A stretch of 43,103 nt of DNA from a virus (IMGVR_UViG_3300032257_000031:1-43103); one strand, 5' to 3'; positions 8,690 to 17,609 are shown, numbered from the stretch's first letter. The notes: generated by a model not told the origin, from the sequence alone. Numbers and translations: made by a program.

Positions 8690-9343
8690 TTATTCAGGTA
8701 CAAAATCTAAGTGCTGTTTAAGCAGGTTCTTATATTTAGTATTAGAATCTGGCGCTTTGTCGTGTAGCAATTTATCAACTTCAATGCGTTCATCATTGGA
8801 CAACCGATTATACGCGGCTACGATTTTCTGATAAGTAGCATCTGGATCGTCTTTATCTATTTCTACCTTAAAGAACTCAGCGGCTTTATTCACCTTAACC
8901 ATGTCAATCGGCTCAGGGCTTACCTGCTCATCTTCTGGGGGCAAGTCCTCACCGGCATAGATATATAATCCGAGGCCGTGTAGAGCGATAGCTTTAGCCA
9001 AGCAGCGCTGTATAGCCGTATTAATGTCAAACGCGCTCGGCTTGTCTACTGGCTTATTCTTAAAGTCCAGCACAGGGTGTATCTGTGTACGCCTAACGCC
9101 ATGAACAATCACCTCAACCTCAACAAAATGCCCTGCGCCTGTTTTCATGTAAGGCACCAGCATCTCAGGGATAGCTATAACATCGTCGCCGTTCTTAACA
9201 ATCATAGGGAATCGCTTTACCTCCCATTCAGCGTTAGGGCAAAATTCGATTAATTTATCAACAGCCCATGCCCAGCTTAGGTAGTTAAACTTGCCTTTCT
9301 TTTCCATTTTTGCTGAAACGTCTAAATTTCTAAGCTCGCTCAT
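8690..9343 (-). CDS. sak: Sak / DUF1071 Rad52-like single-strand annealing protein
   Basis: YLSWAWA...HPVLD..NK...INTAIQRCLAKAIALHGLGLYIYAGEDLP. Confidence 0.9.
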   Translation of the reverse strand: MSELRNLDVSAKMEKKGKFNYLSWAWAVDKLIEFCPNAEWEVKRFPMIVKNGDDVIAIPEMLVPYMKTGAGHFVEVEVIVHGVRRTQIHPVLDFKNKPVDKPSAFDINTAIQRCLAKAIALHGLGLYIYAGEDLPPEDEQVSPEPIDMVKVNKAAEFFKVEIDKDDPDATYQKIVAAYNRLSNDERIEVDKLLHDKAPDSNTKYKNLLKQHLDFVPE

Positions 9344-9494
9344 GTTCCTGCTCCAATTTATTAAGCCAATTATTCATCTCTTCTTCTGTTCTCGCCACTT
9401 GGTAATTGGCGTAATCCTCGGCATCCTGTACGCATTCACCACGCTCAATCGCTTCCTCATAATAACTAAGGTGTAGGTCTTTCATTCCGCTCAT
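9330..9494 (-). CDS. Small acidic hypothetical protein
   Basis: MSGMKDLHLSYYEEAIERG...; fills the gap with overlaps at both ends. Confidence 0.45.
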   Translation of the reverse strand: MSGMKDLHLSYYEEAIERGECVQDAEDYANYQVARTEEEMNNWLNKLEQEHERA

Positions 9495-9646
9495 AACGCT
9501 TGCGCTCCAAATTCTTTAACACACTGAGGTATTTCAGGGTGATTCTTGCATAACCGTTCAAACTTATTATGATTATGCTCAATAGCCGCATAGCCAAATA
9601 ATGTAAATATAGCGGTCATTAGCAATATGGTTAGAAGTGTTTTCAT
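9491..9646 (-). CDS. Small membrane protein
   Basis: MKTLLTILLMTAIFTLFGYAA; GGTGG RBS. Confidence 0.5.
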   Translation of the reverse strand: MKTLLTILLMTAIFTLFGYAAIEHNHNKFERLCKNHPEIPQCVKEFGAQAL

Positions 9647-9736
9647 ACCACCACCCTCAGAATAAAAGCCATATACATAAGTACAGCACCACCACATAAT
9701 CCAATTATTGCGCCTATTATTAAGGCTTGATTGTCG

Positions 9737-10048
9737 TTATTCATCTATCACCTCAATATATTTAACGGCTATACGAACGGCATCTAGGGCGTTACTACCA
9801 TCTGCACATTTTACGCCATCAACCGCGCTACTTTCTGAGTTATGCCCAGTCATAAGGTCGTCATACTCATTTACCCATATAACCTTTGGCTCTGGTTTAA
9901 TACGGTACTCGTATCTAGTGAAATCAAGCCTAGTGGTGTAAGCTGGCGATAACCTGCCATACCAGCCCCCTTCCGATAAGCGTTTTATCTGTATTTCCTT
10001 TCCGTCTTTATGCGCCTGAATAATGGCTATCATTTCATCGTGTGTCAT
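9737..10048 (-). CDS. Hypothetical phage protein
   Basis: GGAGG RBS; AHKDGKEIQ...YRIKPEPK pattern. Confidence 0.7.
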   Translation of the reverse strand: MTHDEMIAIIQAHKDGKEIQIKRLSEGGWYGRLSPAYTTRLDFTRYEYRIKPEPKVIWVNEYDDLMTGHNSESSAVDGVKCADGSNALDAVRIAVKYIEVIDE

Positions 10049-10160
10049 TCTCTGTCCTCCCCTTGTGATTCTAAATAATCATCACGATCATCGGTTGATT
10101 GCTCTGCTTCATCTTCTTCGTAGAAACGGTCGTTATCTACATCGTTTGGAAATTCGCTCA

Positions 10161-10361
10161 TTATTCAAGCCCCGAAAATGGATTGCCATGCTGCTTATTA
10201 ATGGCATTCATCATCTCAGCCATTTCCATAAAGAACGCACTCTTAGGTCTTTCGGGTTTAACCATTTCGCCATAGGCTGTAACCGTTAGGCCGGTTTCGT
10301 CTTGAATTTCATCTAACCGTGCGAGGGCTAGCGGTGATGGTAGTAAATGAATTTGTGCCAT
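10161..10361 (-). CDS. First gene of the leftward early operon, hypothetical
   Basis: GGGG RBS; directly downstream of the divergent promoter. Confidence 0.55.
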   Translation of the reverse strand: MAQIHLLPSPLALARLDEIQDETGLTVTAYGEMVKPERPKSAFFMEMAEMMNAINKQHGNPFSGLE

Positions 10362-10391
10362 GTTGTTTCCCCGTTTCGTTATTGTGAATCA

Positions 10392-10443
10392 ATCTTGGCA
10401 CATACAAATAAAATTTGCAAATTTATTTTGCACGTGTTACTTT
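10392..10443. promoter_or_regulatory. Divergent sigma70-type promoters sharing a palindromic -35
   Basis: TTGCAA 10415-10420 lies inside the inverted repeat AAATAAAATTTGCAAATTTATTT. Rightward: 17 bp to TGnTACTTT (10438-10443). Leftward: 17 bp to CAAGAT. Confidence 0.55.
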
Positions 10444-10450
10444 ACAAAAC

Positions 10451-11344
10451 ATGAATAAAGAAACTAAAGAAATATTTGAGAAGTTAGGGGGCAGGAATGC
10501 CGTGTCTTTTGTTTTTGATGTTACTTACGCCGCTGTTATGGTGTGGGAAAAGAAAGGTGTCCCTGCAAAATATGTACCTACCATGTCGTCTTTAACTGGT
10601 TGCGATAGAAGTGTTATTAGGCCGGATTTATACGGCAAAGAGGCCTATGTTGATATGGGCGCGCTGGAACGAGCGTCTGTAGGGCTGCATCTATACCAGA
10701 AGAAAAAAAGAGGCCGAAAGATAAATGAACCCAAAAAAGCGGAGCTTAGCGCCAGCAGGGATAATGATATTTATACTATGTACACATCTGGAAAAACACT
10801 ACAGGAAATAGGGGATAAGTACGGCTTCACGAGAGAGCGTGCGCGGCAAATATTATCTAAGTACGGAGTGTCTCGATTGGATGGCGGTCAGGCAATGAGG
10901 TCATTTGCTTGTGTTGCACACAGAGGAAAAGAACAAAAAGAAAAAACCGCAAAGAGATTGGCGAAATCGTGGGGCTGCACAAAAGAACAGTATGATTTTT
11001 TAAGAGGTTTTAACGAGGACTATCGTAAAACTCCATTGCGCGCCTATACTGAGCAAAAGAGAAACGCGAAAGTTAGAGGTATATCATGGGATTTCAATCT
11101 CTGGAGTTGGTGGAAGGCCTGGGATGAATCTGGAAAGTGGTCTTGTAGAGGAAGGGGTAGAGATAAATACGTTATGGCTAGAATCGCGGATTTAGGCGGT
11201 TATAATAAAGGCAATGTCGAGATTATAACAATGTCACAAAACGCAAAAGATTATTATAAATACCATCTTGACGAGCATAAAGAGATTGTAAGGAAGGCGA
11301 AGAAAAATAAGCCCTGCGCGGTGCGCCGGATGCCAAAAAAATAA
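10451..11344 (+). CDS. Cro-like HTH fused to a sigma-4-like HTH and an HNH-like domain
   Basis: LGGRNAVS...AVMVW...VP...IRPDLYG (Cro/YdaS-like); GKTLQEIGDKYGFTRERARQIL; MARIADLGGYNKGNVEIITMSQN. Confidence 0.75.
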   Translation: MNKETKEIFEKLGGRNAVSFVFDVTYAAVMVWEKKGVPAKYVPTMSSLTGCDRSVIRPDLYGKEAYVDMGALERASVGLHLYQKKKRGRKINEPKKAELSASRDNDIYTMYTSGKTLQEIGDKYGFTRERARQILSKYGVSRLDGGQAMRSFACVAHRGKEQKEKTAKRLAKSWGCTKEQYDFLRGFNEDYRKTPLRAYTEQKRNAKVRGISWDFNLWSWWKAWDESGKWSCRGRGRDKYVMARIADLGGYNKGNVEIITMSQNAKDYYKYHLDEHKEIVRKAKKNKPCAVRRMPKK

Positions 11345-11498
11345 CACATCAGGATACAAGGGCGTTAGCTGGAGTAAGGCTGCTAAAAAATGGTGCGTGA
11401 ATATAGTGGTTAATGGTAAGCAAAAATATATAGGCCTTTACGCAGATAAATCTGACGCAGTTAAGGCGAGGGATGCAGCAGATAAACAGCAGGATTGA
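11340..11498 (+). pseudogene. AP2 DNA-binding domain in the +1 frame of the preceding gene
   Basis: NNTSGYKGVSWSKAAKKWCVNI...YIGLYADKSDAVKAR; no start codon of its own; A7 run at 11335-11341. Confidence 0.75.
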
Positions 11499-11621
11499 AA
11501 TTAAATAATCTCCCCATATAGCCGGGTTCCCTCGTTATTACCGGCTATATATTGCTCCCTCGGTTGAGGTTGAGCGCCCCTTATCGGAATATTGGTAAGG
11601 GTTATTTTATTAAGGACAGTT

Positions 11622-11909
11622 ATGCCGCGACAAAGAGCAGACAGAATCGACACCGGCCAAGCTGAGATAGTCAAAGCCCTGAGAAAAATGGGCTATTCAG
11701 TGATAACCGGCATGGATGATCTGCTAATCGGTCACAATGGCATCAACTATTGGATAGAGCTTAAACGCCCTGAGAGCCGTTCTAAGCGTACTGGCGAGAT
11801 ACTGCCATCATATATCAAAGAAGGGCAGAAACAGCTTCTAATTACGTATAAAGGCCAATACGCGATGTGCACAAGCCTAGATGATATTTTAAGGGTAATT
11901 AACCCCTAA
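11622..11909 (+). CDS. VRR-NUC / PD-(D/E)xK nuclease (putative resolvase)
   Basis: D.GQAEIVKALRKMGYSV...DLLIG...WIELK. Confidence 0.75.
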   Translation: MPRQRADRIDTGQAEIVKALRKMGYSVITGMDDLLIGHNGINYWIELKRPESRSKRTGEILPSYIKEGQKQLLITYKGQYAMCTSLDDILRVINP

Positions 11910-11923
11910 CAAGAGGAATAGAG

Positions 11924-12118
11924 ATGGCAACAAAAATCGAGGGCAGCGGATGGGGTGAGAATAAGGTTTTGCCAATAAAGATAATCCATGATGATTGTGG
12001 CGGCATTGTGTCACTAGAGGATGATTCTGGATGCGGCACGTCATGGACTGGCTGCTGGGGCGGGGTAAAAGTTAAGTGCGACAAATGTGAGTATGAAGAA
12101 TACATTCACGAAAACTAA
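11924..12118 (+). CDS. Small Cys-containing hypothetical protein
   Basis: HxxC...CxxC; GAGG RBS. Confidence 0.5.
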   Translation: MATKIEGSGWGENKVLPIKIIHDDCGGIVSLEDDSGCGTSWTGCWGGVKVKCDKCEYEEYIHEN

Positions 12119-12145
12119 TTTAGACTAAATATAAAGGGATAGAAG

Positions 12146-12328
12146 ATGAGCTTTAATCCAACGCTAGAAGAAACGAAACGGGAAGCCAAGAGGTTTATAG
12201 ATAGTAACATCCATGATGGCGAGGATAGATCTGGATGCGCTAATGATTGGCATAAATTCAGCCCTGACGACTTACAGGAGCTTATTGACGACCTTCTCGG
12301 CCACTTGCGCGACGGAAACTACATTTAA
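12146..12328 (+). CDS. Hypothetical protein
   Basis: ORF track; purine-rich RBS. Confidence 0.5.
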   Translation: MSFNPTLEETKREAKRFIDSNIHDGEDRSGCANDWHKFSPDDLQELIDDLLGHLRDGNYI

Positions 12329-12361
12329 CATTGCATATAACGAACTAAAGGGGAAAGAGGC

Positions 12362-12526
12362 ATGGCTAAAACAATACCCAAAGCAATAAATCACGGCTCT
12401 ATTAAGATTATTGGACACACTAAAAGCTTATTTGGTTTAGTGCCTATATTCAAGATTGCTAAGGACGTTCAACAAGAGCGTATTTATCACGCAGATAAGT
12501 TCAAACCTACCTTGAGAGATATTTGA
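12362..12526 (+). CDS. Hypothetical 54-aa protein (not in ORF track)
   Basis: MAKTIPKAINHGSIK...; GAGG RBS. Confidence 0.45.
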   Translation: MAKTIPKAINHGSIKIIGHTKSLFGLVPIFKIAKDVQQERIYHADKFKPTLRDI

Positions 12527-12584
12527 CTTACAGGGTAACAAGAGTAATACATTCCTAGCAGGAATATGACTAACCAAAAGGAAT

Positions 12585-12900
12585 TTGACTATCATCACTA
12601 ATATGGTAGTTTAGGTAGTAGAAATAAAGAGGGGTTGACCAGAAAGGCCAACCCCGTATCGGATAGAGCTTTGCAGGCAGCTCCGATATAGTCGAATTAT
12701 ATATGATTATATCCTTGTGCGTAAAGCCCTATCCCGCAAAATGAGCGCGAAAGCTCTAGCGTGGACATGGTATCTGGTGAGTGAAAAGCCAGCGCATAAC
12801 CCCAGTCCCGACAACGGTGCAGGCCGAACGTCGATAAACATATGTTGATAAAGCGCACCTGTAGGTTAAGCTAAATGCCTGAATTAGCGGGGTTTATTTT
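12585..12900 (+). ncRNA. Candidate structured RNA or replication origin
   Basis: No long ORF; promoter-like TTGACT...TGnTAGTTT; several nested stems (see findings). Confidence 0.4.
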
Positions 12901-12949
12901 GTCTAAAATTTGAGATATGTTTTTAAAAGACGTTTAACAGGAGAGTGTT

Positions 12950-13162
12950 ATGAATACTTGGCCTAATGGATATAAACATGCCATGACGCAATGCGAGCAT
13001 GAAAAATGGAACTCAGGAAATTATCCTGGCACGTTAGAGATTTGCTGTAAATGCGGCGAACCAACTGGAAACTGCGAAGAAGATAACATTGTAAATGAGG
13101 ATGGTGATGCTCATTGTTATGATTGCGCTATTGGCGCGGGGTTAATAGAGGAAGATGTATGA
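12950..13162 (+). CDS. Small Zn-finger-like protein
   Basis: CCKC...C...HCYDC; AGGAG RBS. Confidence 0.6.
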   Translation: MNTWPNGYKHAMTQCEHEKWNSGNYPGTLEICCKCGEPTGNCEEDNIVNEDGDAHCYDCAIGAGLIEEDV

Positions 13163-13470
13163 TTAGCTTTGATGAGTTTTGGTCAATAGTGCCTAGAAAG
13201 GCTGGCAGCAAGCCAAAAGCTAGAAAGATATGGGACAAGCTTAGTAAAAAAAAGCAGGAAATTATCATTGAGGACTATCCGAAAAGATACATCAACACTG
13301 ATAAAGCCTATATTCCTTATCCGACTACGTACTTAAATGGTGAGTATTGGGAATGCGAGATTGAGGTAATTGAAAATGAAAGAAAACATGGAGCATATCG
13401 AAACGATAGTAGAGCGAAGCGCGTCCACGACAAGCTGCGAGAAATTGCCGAAAGAGACACTACCTCCTAA
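13159..13470 (+). CDS. Replication initiator C-terminal domain (O-like), lacking an N-terminal DNA-binding domain
   Basis: FDEFWSIVPRK..SK.KA.K.W.KL...YIPYPTTYLNG..WE; ATGA overlap at 13159. Confidence 0.7.
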   Translation: MISFDEFWSIVPRKAGSKPKARKIWDKLSKKKQEIIIEDYPKRYINTDKAYIPYPTTYLNGEYWECEIEVIENERKHGAYRNDSRAKRVHDKLREIAERDTTS

Positions 13471-13807
13471 ATGGGTAGCGGCTCTCTTTGCAAGGTTTCA
13501 GGTTCGTTATCTTCACAAGTGGACAAGTGCTATTGAAGGCATTGAAGAACTGGCTGTGCAAGAATGGGGTGAAATACTGGCAGGCGTTACACCCGATCAA
13601 ATAACAACCGGCTTGGCTAATTTGGATAGCGAATGGCCTCCAACAGCGCAGGGCTTTAGAGATTTATGCTTATGCAAGAGTACGAAGGAAGCATTTAAGC
13701 TATTTGCACCAGCACTACCAGCACCAAAAATAGCCGAGGAAGATTTCCAGAGCTTAATGGGTGAGATGAGAGGCATTCTAAATAAAGATAGCAACGATGA
13801 GGGCTAA
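13376..13807 (+). CDS. Lambda P-like helicase loader
   Basis: LFARF..RY..KW...EW...L...WPPT...FRDLC; overlaps the O-like gene. Confidence 0.65.
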   Translation: MKENMEHIETIVERSASTTSCEKLPKETLPPKWVAALFARFQVRYLHKWTSAIEGIEELAVQEWGEILAGVTPDQITTGLANLDSEWPPTAQGFRDLCLCKSTKEAFKLFAPALPAPKIAEEDFQSLMGEMRGILNKDSNDEG

Positions 13808-13812
13808 ATTAG

Positions 13813-14073
13813 ATGAGTAAAGATACGATTGATAAGCTTAAAATCGCCAAGCTAGAAGAATACGCTGGTTACGTCAACGATGAATATGGTGAATATTGCT
13901 ATAAATTATGCGCTTTAGCGCGAGATTGCTACATGATGGAACAGGGTTTAATTAAGGCACTAAGAGAAGAAATAGAAGCAAGGCTATCAGAATTCAAGAG
14001 TGAAACTAGGCTTGTTAAAAAAGAAGAAACAATAACCAGAAAATATACTGAATTAGAATGGATTAACGAATAA
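13813..14073 (+). CDS. Hypothetical protein
   Basis: ORF track; operon context. Confidence 0.55.
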   Translation: MSKDTIDKLKIAKLEEYAGYVNDEYGEYCYKLCALARDCYMMEQGLIKALREEIEARLSEFKSETRLVKKEETITRKYTELEWINE

Positions 14074-14106
14074 AGACCGCATAAGCGCGGCAATGAGGAG
14101 CTAGAT

Positions 14107-14274
14107 ATGAATAAACCAGAAGCACTTAGTGAATACGATTTCCCTGACAGAATACAAATTCCTGACGGGTATGATATGAAATCAATTCCAGATTTGACGA
14201 GGGATAATTTTCAGGTATTAATCGACGCGCATAACGAGCTTGTAGAAGTGGTGCGTTATTTGAGTGATATTTAA
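14107..14274 (+). CDS. Hypothetical 55-aa protein (not in ORF track)
   Basis: GAGGAG RBS; MNKPEALSEYDFPDRI... Confidence 0.55.
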   Translation: MNKPEALSEYDFPDRIQIPDGYDMKSIPDLTRDNFQVLIDAHNELVEVVRYLSDI

Positions 14275-14304
14275 TGCGTAATATATTAAACAAGGGAGAG
14301 TGAT

Positions 14305-14643
14305 ATGAGGCACGGAAAAGAATTGGTTTTAGTCGCCATGAAAAAAGAGTTAAGCGTTCTATCAAAAAAAGCCGACAAAGCAAAAGCAGAATGTGACGAG
14401 GCTATCGGTATTGGCAGCGAAGCGATAAGAATACATGAAGATTTTGCGGCAATAGTTAAGTTAAAAAGCCACAGCAAAGAAACTATGCGTAAGCTGGAGG
14501 CGTTACAAAAACGGCAAAAGAATGTCGATAAGGTGATTAGAAAAGACCTAGTAAAGCTAATGGATAAAGAGCATGAAACAAGACTTGCCGTGAACAGCTT
14601 GCAGGCTGAAATTTCATCTATGGAATATTACGCAAGCAAATAA
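14305..14643 (+). CDS. Hypothetical coiled-coil protein
   Basis: GGAG RBS; helical charged sequence. Confidence 0.6.
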   Translation: MRHGKELVLVAMKKELSVLSKKADKAKAECDEAIGIGSEAIRIHEDFAAIVKLKSHSKETMRKLEALQKRQKNVDKVIRKDLVKLMDKEHETRLAVNSLQAEISSMEYYASK

Positions 14644-14662
14644 CCCTGCCTATGGAGGCTAT

Positions 14663-14860
14663 ATGAGTGAATGGATAAGAAAAGAAATGATATTTTTAAC
14701 AAGCTGGCCTAGCGGCAGGTTACGCATGGTGACGACACTTGGTAGGCATCCATCTATTCGTGGCGGCATTTACATTGAATACTTGGACGGGAAAGGCGGA
14801 ACAGATACCACCACGAAGGACTTTTTATTTGAACCACCTAAAACTAATAAGAGGGATTAA
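14663..14860 (+). CDS. Hypothetical protein
   Basis: GGAGG RBS. Confidence 0.55.
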   Translation: MSEWIRKEMIFLTSWPSGRLRMVTTLGRHPSIRGGIYIEYLDGKGGTDTTTKDFLFEPPKTNKRD

Positions 14861-14862
14861 CA

Positions 14863-15039
14863 ATGCAATCTAAAACAGAAAAGATAACAGAAGTATTAGA
14901 GAAACAAGGAATACTACAAACCAGTGAAGTAGCGGAACACACAGGGCTAAAGGCTGAGATATGCGAAAGGGTGCTAATTAAGCTCGAAGATTCGGGCATC
15001 GTGTTCGCGGTCGAGTCAGACTCTTGGATGCTTAACTAA
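14863..15039 (+). CDS. Small winged-HTH protein (not in ORF track)
   Basis: ITEVLEKQG.LQTSEVAEHTGL....CERVLIKLEDSGIV. Confidence 0.6.
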   Translation: MQSKTEKITEVLEKQGILQTSEVAEHTGLKAEICERVLIKLEDSGIVFAVESDSWMLN

Positions 15040-15239
15040 TGAACTCAATACACCATCACGGAAAGGAGTTTGTCCACCAGGACAGCTTCACCGATCAAAA
15101 AGGCGCTGATTACACCGCATCACTACTTAAATCTCACGGCTACCGCTACAGAATAAAGAAAAGAAGCCTAAACCCGCATTGTATAGCGGGACTTGGAAGG
15201 GGTATATTTTACGCGGTTTATAGAGGGGCATCGAAATGA
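15039..15239 (+). CDS. Hypothetical protein
   Basis: TAATG coupling to the upstream gene. Confidence 0.5.
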   Translation: MNSIHHHGKEFVHQDSFTDQKGADYTASLLKSHGYRYRIKKRSLNPHCIAGLGRGIFYAVYRGASK

Positions 15240-15592
15240 AACCAAACTACCACCAATACCACATAACCGAAACAGGCAAGATATACCTAAACGGCAAACT
15301 ACATCCAACTAGGAAGAACAAAGACGGCGATGTAATAGCCTATCTAAAAATAGGCAGCATAGGCGATTCAATAAGAACAAACAGAACCGTACGAGTAGCT
15401 CAGGCTGTTTGTGATGTTTACATGACCCGCGAAAAAGGACAGCAAGCGATCATATTTAAAGATGGGGATAAAACGAATATTCATCCAGATAACATGATCC
15501 CGATGAGTACCAGCGAAGCCGGACGGTATCACGCAGCACCAAAACCAAAGCCGAAAGAGGTTGATATAGATATTATGAGAATGAAATGGTAA
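15236..15592 (+). CDS. Degenerate HNH-like protein
   Basis: YHITETGKIY...VRVAQAVCDVY...IIFKDGDKTNIHPDNM; the usual catalytic His appears replaced by F. Confidence 0.6.
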   Translation: MKPNYHQYHITETGKIYLNGKLHPTRKNKDGDVIAYLKIGSIGDSIRTNRTVRVAQAVCDVYMTREKGQQAIIFKDGDKTNIHPDNMIPMSTSEAGRYHAAPKPKPKEVDIDIMRMKW

Positions 15593-15598
15593 TAGGGC

Positions 15599-15626
15599 TT
15601 GTATTATGTGTGTACGTGTGTATACT
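15599..15626 (+). promoter_or_regulatory. Putative sigma70 promoter for the SPFH gene
   Basis: TTGTAT-16 bp-TATACT. Confidence 0.45.
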
Positions 15627-15666
15627 AAGCATGTACATTTAATTTATAACTTAGGAGATAATTATA

Positions 15667-16506
15667 ATGCGAAAAATCATATTGTGGTCGGCTGTTGTCC
15701 TATTTGCTTCCGTTTTTGTTTTTGATGGGTGGAAGATAGTGGAAACTGGAAATGTTGGCGTAAGCAAGACTTTGGGGACGATTTCAGAAGAAGAAAAAAC
15801 AAGCGGCTTTATGCTTAAATTGCCACTAATAACTAGCATAGACGAATTTATCGGCAAGGAAATAGCTGTTGATCTAAATAATTTAACCCCGAAAGCGGCA
15901 GACAATCTATCACTGAGGGATATGGATGTAACCGTATTTTATAGCGTTGTGTCGTCTAATATTTCAGACATGAGAACCAAGTACGCAAATTCCCATGAGA
16001 TTGACGGCGAGTCTGGATATTATATGCCCGCATACGGACTAGTCTTTCGCGAGGCAAGAAGCGCATCCTATAAAGCAATCGCAAAAGTCGATTCGTTGCA
16101 AATGCACAAAGAAAGAGAAAGCATCGCTATCGCTATAAAAGAAGACCTGCAAAAGGCTTTAGATAAAGACGACAATGGTGTATTTGTTGTTTCACGAGTA
16201 GTCATTCGCTCCGTGCTAACAGATGCATCAATTGAGGAATCAATCAGAGACGCAGTTGCCAATACCAAAAAATTAGAAGCGAAGGCGGTTAAGGTAGAAA
16301 TTGCCAAGAAAGACGCAGAGATCAAGATAGAAGAAGCTAAGGGTATTGCTACAGCTAACAATATTATCGATAAATCTTTAACTAAAGAATATCTACAGCA
16401 TGAGATGAATTTAGCGATGATGGAGTTTGCTAAGTCTGGCGCTAATACTGTCGTGGTTCCGGCTAACATGGGTAATATGAGTATGATACTTCCTCAAGGC
16501 AAATAA
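15667..16506 (+). CDS. SPFH / Band-7 / prohibitin-family membrane protein
   Basis: N-terminal TM, IVETGNVGV..TLG, C-terminal EIAKKDAEIKIEEAKGIA..N.II.KSLT. Confidence 0.9.
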   Translation: MRKIILWSAVVLFASVFVFDGWKIVETGNVGVSKTLGTISEEEKTSGFMLKLPLITSIDEFIGKEIAVDLNNLTPKAADNLSLRDMDVTVFYSVVSSNISDMRTKYANSHEIDGESGYYMPAYGLVFREARSASYKAIAKVDSLQMHKERESIAIAIKEDLQKALDKDDNGVFVVSRVVIRSVLTDASIEESIRDAVANTKKLEAKAVKVEIAKKDAEIKIEEAKGIATANNIIDKSLTKEYLQHEMNLAMMEFAKSGANTVVVPANMGNMSMILPQGK

Positions 16507-16507
16507 T

Positions 16508-16672
16508 ATGGAAAAGAAAATAAGAACCCAAATGAAGCTAACCGAGCCAAGAAGAAAGAAGGCTGCAAGGATTGGCAAGAAGCTAACCGGTAAAGCTGAT
16601 ATGACCGCAGGCGTTAACGAGGCTTTAGATCAATGTGATTTAACTGCTGTAATGGCGCATAAGAGCAAATAA
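16508..16672 (+). CDS. Small basic protein, possibly ribbon-helix-helix (not in ORF track)
   Basis: MEKKIRTQMKLTEPRRKKAARIGKK...MTAGVNEALD. Confidence 0.45.
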   Translation: MEKKIRTQMKLTEPRRKKAARIGKKLTGKADMTAGVNEALDQCDLTAVMAHKSK

Positions 16673-16685
16673 AGAGGGCAAAGCA

Positions 16686-16958
16686 ATGATAAGACAAACA
16701 TCACTAGAAGCATTTAAAGACCTGCCTGTAATTCATGTGAATCGTCAAGAAAAGGCTATATTAAAGTTTGTTAATACTCGCAAAGACTGTACAAGGCGAG
16801 AAATAGCTAAAGCACTCAGCATGGAAACTAGCACAGTAAGCGCAAGAGTAAACCACATGGTCAAATATGGCGTACTGGATGAGTACAAAAAAAGAAAATG
16901 CCGCGTATCAGGAAAAATGGTTAATGTGGTTAGCTCTTATTCGGGGCAGGCTTTTTGA
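16686..16958 (+). CDS. Winged-HTH DNA-binding protein
   Basis: TRREIAKALSMETSTVSARVNHMVKYGVL...RKCRVSGK. Confidence 0.75.
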   Translation: MIRQTSLEAFKDLPVIHVNRQEKAILKFVNTRKDCTRREIAKALSMETSTVSARVNHMVKYGVLDEYKKRKCRVSGKMVNVVSSYSGQAF

Positions 16959-17094
16959 TATGCGCTAATTATCAAGCATTAATAACCCGCTGTAAAACCA
17001 AGGCAGCGCAGAAAGAGATTATAAAAAGCGCGCCAATTGAAATGAAAAAGCGACTAGATATACATGCTGAAATGGTGTTTTTGATGAGGACAAA

Positions 17095-17406
17095 ATGAGC
17101 GAAACACGCACAATCCAGCAGAACAAGGCATTACATAAGTATTTTTCTATGCTGTCTGAGCAATTAAGCGATGCTGGCTATGATATGCGATCAACATTAA
17201 AGCATGACGTTGAAATACCTTGGTCACAAGACAACGTAAAAGCATGTATGGCTAAACCAATAATGATGGCTATGTTTGAAAAAGAGCATACGAGCGAGTT
17301 AAGCACTAAAGAAATCAATGAATTATATGAGGTTTTAAACAGGCATACGGCATCTAAACTTGGAATATCAGTACCTTTTCCAAGCAATGAGCCACCAATG
17401 ATTTAA
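17095..17406 (+). CDS. ninB: NinB-like protein
   Basis: RTIQQNKALH...TSELSTKEINELYE. Confidence 0.65.
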   Translation: MSETRTIQQNKALHKYFSMLSEQLSDAGYDMRSTLKHDVEIPWSQDNVKACMAKPIMMAMFEKEHTSELSTKEINELYEVLNRHTASKLGISVPFPSNEPPMI

Positions 17407-17426
17407 TAGATAATGAGGACTGCAAG

Positions 17427-17609
17427 ATGTTAACTGTTAAGAAGCTGATTAGTGAGCTATCTAAATTTAATGATGATGACGAATGTTATGCGTATGAAGG
17501 AGAGGTTACAGGGATAATTATACAAAGAGATGGGTTTACAGGTCAGGGAATTATTTATTGCTCTGAGGGAGATGATATAGAAATAGAAACCAAAGCGTTT
17601 AATAGCTAG
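17427..17609 (+). CDS. Hypothetical protein
   Basis: GAGG RBS; MLTVKKLISELSKF. Confidence 0.55.
   Translation: MLTVKKLISELSKFNDDDECYAYEGEVTGIIIQRDGFTGQGIIYCSEGDDIEIETKAFNS

Noticed and set aside
14863-15039. Z-alpha (Z-DNA binding) domain
   Set aside because: Generic winged HTH; the N..LY recognition residues are missing.
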